Source: Lingula anatina (taxonomy: Eukaryota > Animalia > Brachiopoda). From it: 64,000 nt of DNA. The stretch is taken from positions 3,530,587-3,594,586 of the forward strand of contig CM120648.1 of NCBI GenBank assembly GCA_051362555.1. Direction: 5' to 3'. The notes beneath the pieces were generated by a model that saw only the letters and a list, made by a program, of their open reading frames with translations, searched no databases and had not been told where the DNA came from. Each line of letters begins with the position of its first letter. The first letter of the stretch is position 1. The position numbers and the translations under genes were made by a program. Shown one piece after another: positions 63,272-64,000 of this stretch.

Positions 63272-64000
63272 GGGTTTATTTAGCTTAGGGTAGGGCAGGA
63301 TAGGGTATCGTATAATGGAATAACTTGGCTTTCGCAGCTGACTCTGGTTTACAATTATATTGGGTATCGAGTAGAGAATCACATGAAATTATATTCTGGA
63401 CAGTATTCGTGTTTAGGGACAAGTTGAGTAAACAACATCTGATAAAAGAGACATAGAATTCAAAATAAGCAGAGCCTTAAGTCGCGGACGCCTACGCGGA
63501 CGCCTACGTCTATGAATATTTGCCCCACCCGGGTTACATGTATTATGCCGTCCAGTTTATTTTTTAGTGAAAAATATTTTCGAACACTCCTAGCATAAGT
63601 TTACTATTACTCGATTGTTGTCGAACAGTTTCATTAGCTATGTTATTGTAATAGACTTGTGAAGATTATTTTGTCTATAGCTATTTATATTAGTTTGATC
63701 TTACCATCCAATATTTCATCTGCTTGCATTCAGATTTCATCAGGGAATGAGGTAGCTCCCAAATCGAAGCAGATTTGAGGCATGTTTGCGTACCTGTCAC
63801 AACCTCATTCCCTGATGAAATCTGACTGTGTTCAGTCCTTGTAAGAATCTTGATGGGATGCTGTTTGTTCGTGAAATTTTCTTTTGTCTTTCGTGTGGTT
63901 TTTAAATTAAAATTAAAATTGCTTGTTCTCCTGTTTTCTCCAGCTTCGTGCAACGGTTAGTGCGCGCTGCTTCTTCACATATCCTTTGGTGGCTATAAAA

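Noticed and set aside
63979-63987. ATATCCTTT, a U12 donor consensus, 35 nt after a candidate acceptor
   Set aside because: No coding context, the partner site would be off-window, and a chance copy also occurs at ~20945.

Overview
AT-rich animal genomic DNA with spliceosomal introns, probably a marine invertebrate (mollusc-like; species not determinable). The ORF track mostly shows exon fragments, so I assembled genes by hand from splice sites. The eight complete models splice in frame. Left to right: MRPL47 (-, partial) head-to-head with PHB2 (+); a GAL3ST-family sulfotransferase (-); an IPNS-like 2OG-Fe(II) dioxygenase (-); two tandem transcobalamin/intrinsic-factor-like genes (-); a folate-receptor-superfamily gene with a likely GPI tail (-) whose ATG lies 42 nt from the ALG3 ATG (+); a METTL27-like methyltransferase (-). 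The last ~16 kb is non-coding, rich in MITEs and microsatellites, and may hold the promoter and first exon of an off-window gene. PHB2 and ALG3 each carry a U12-type AT-AC intron, and two introns are GC-AG. The best finding is a ~300-nt composite C/D-H/ACA scaRNA (U85/U89-like) inside the PHB2 U12 intron. Its antisense elements fit U5 snRNA at Cm45, Psi46 and Psi53, weakly at G57, plus an 11-nt match to the U5 5' stem. These pairings use the human U5 sequence recalled from memory. No database searches or folding programs were run.
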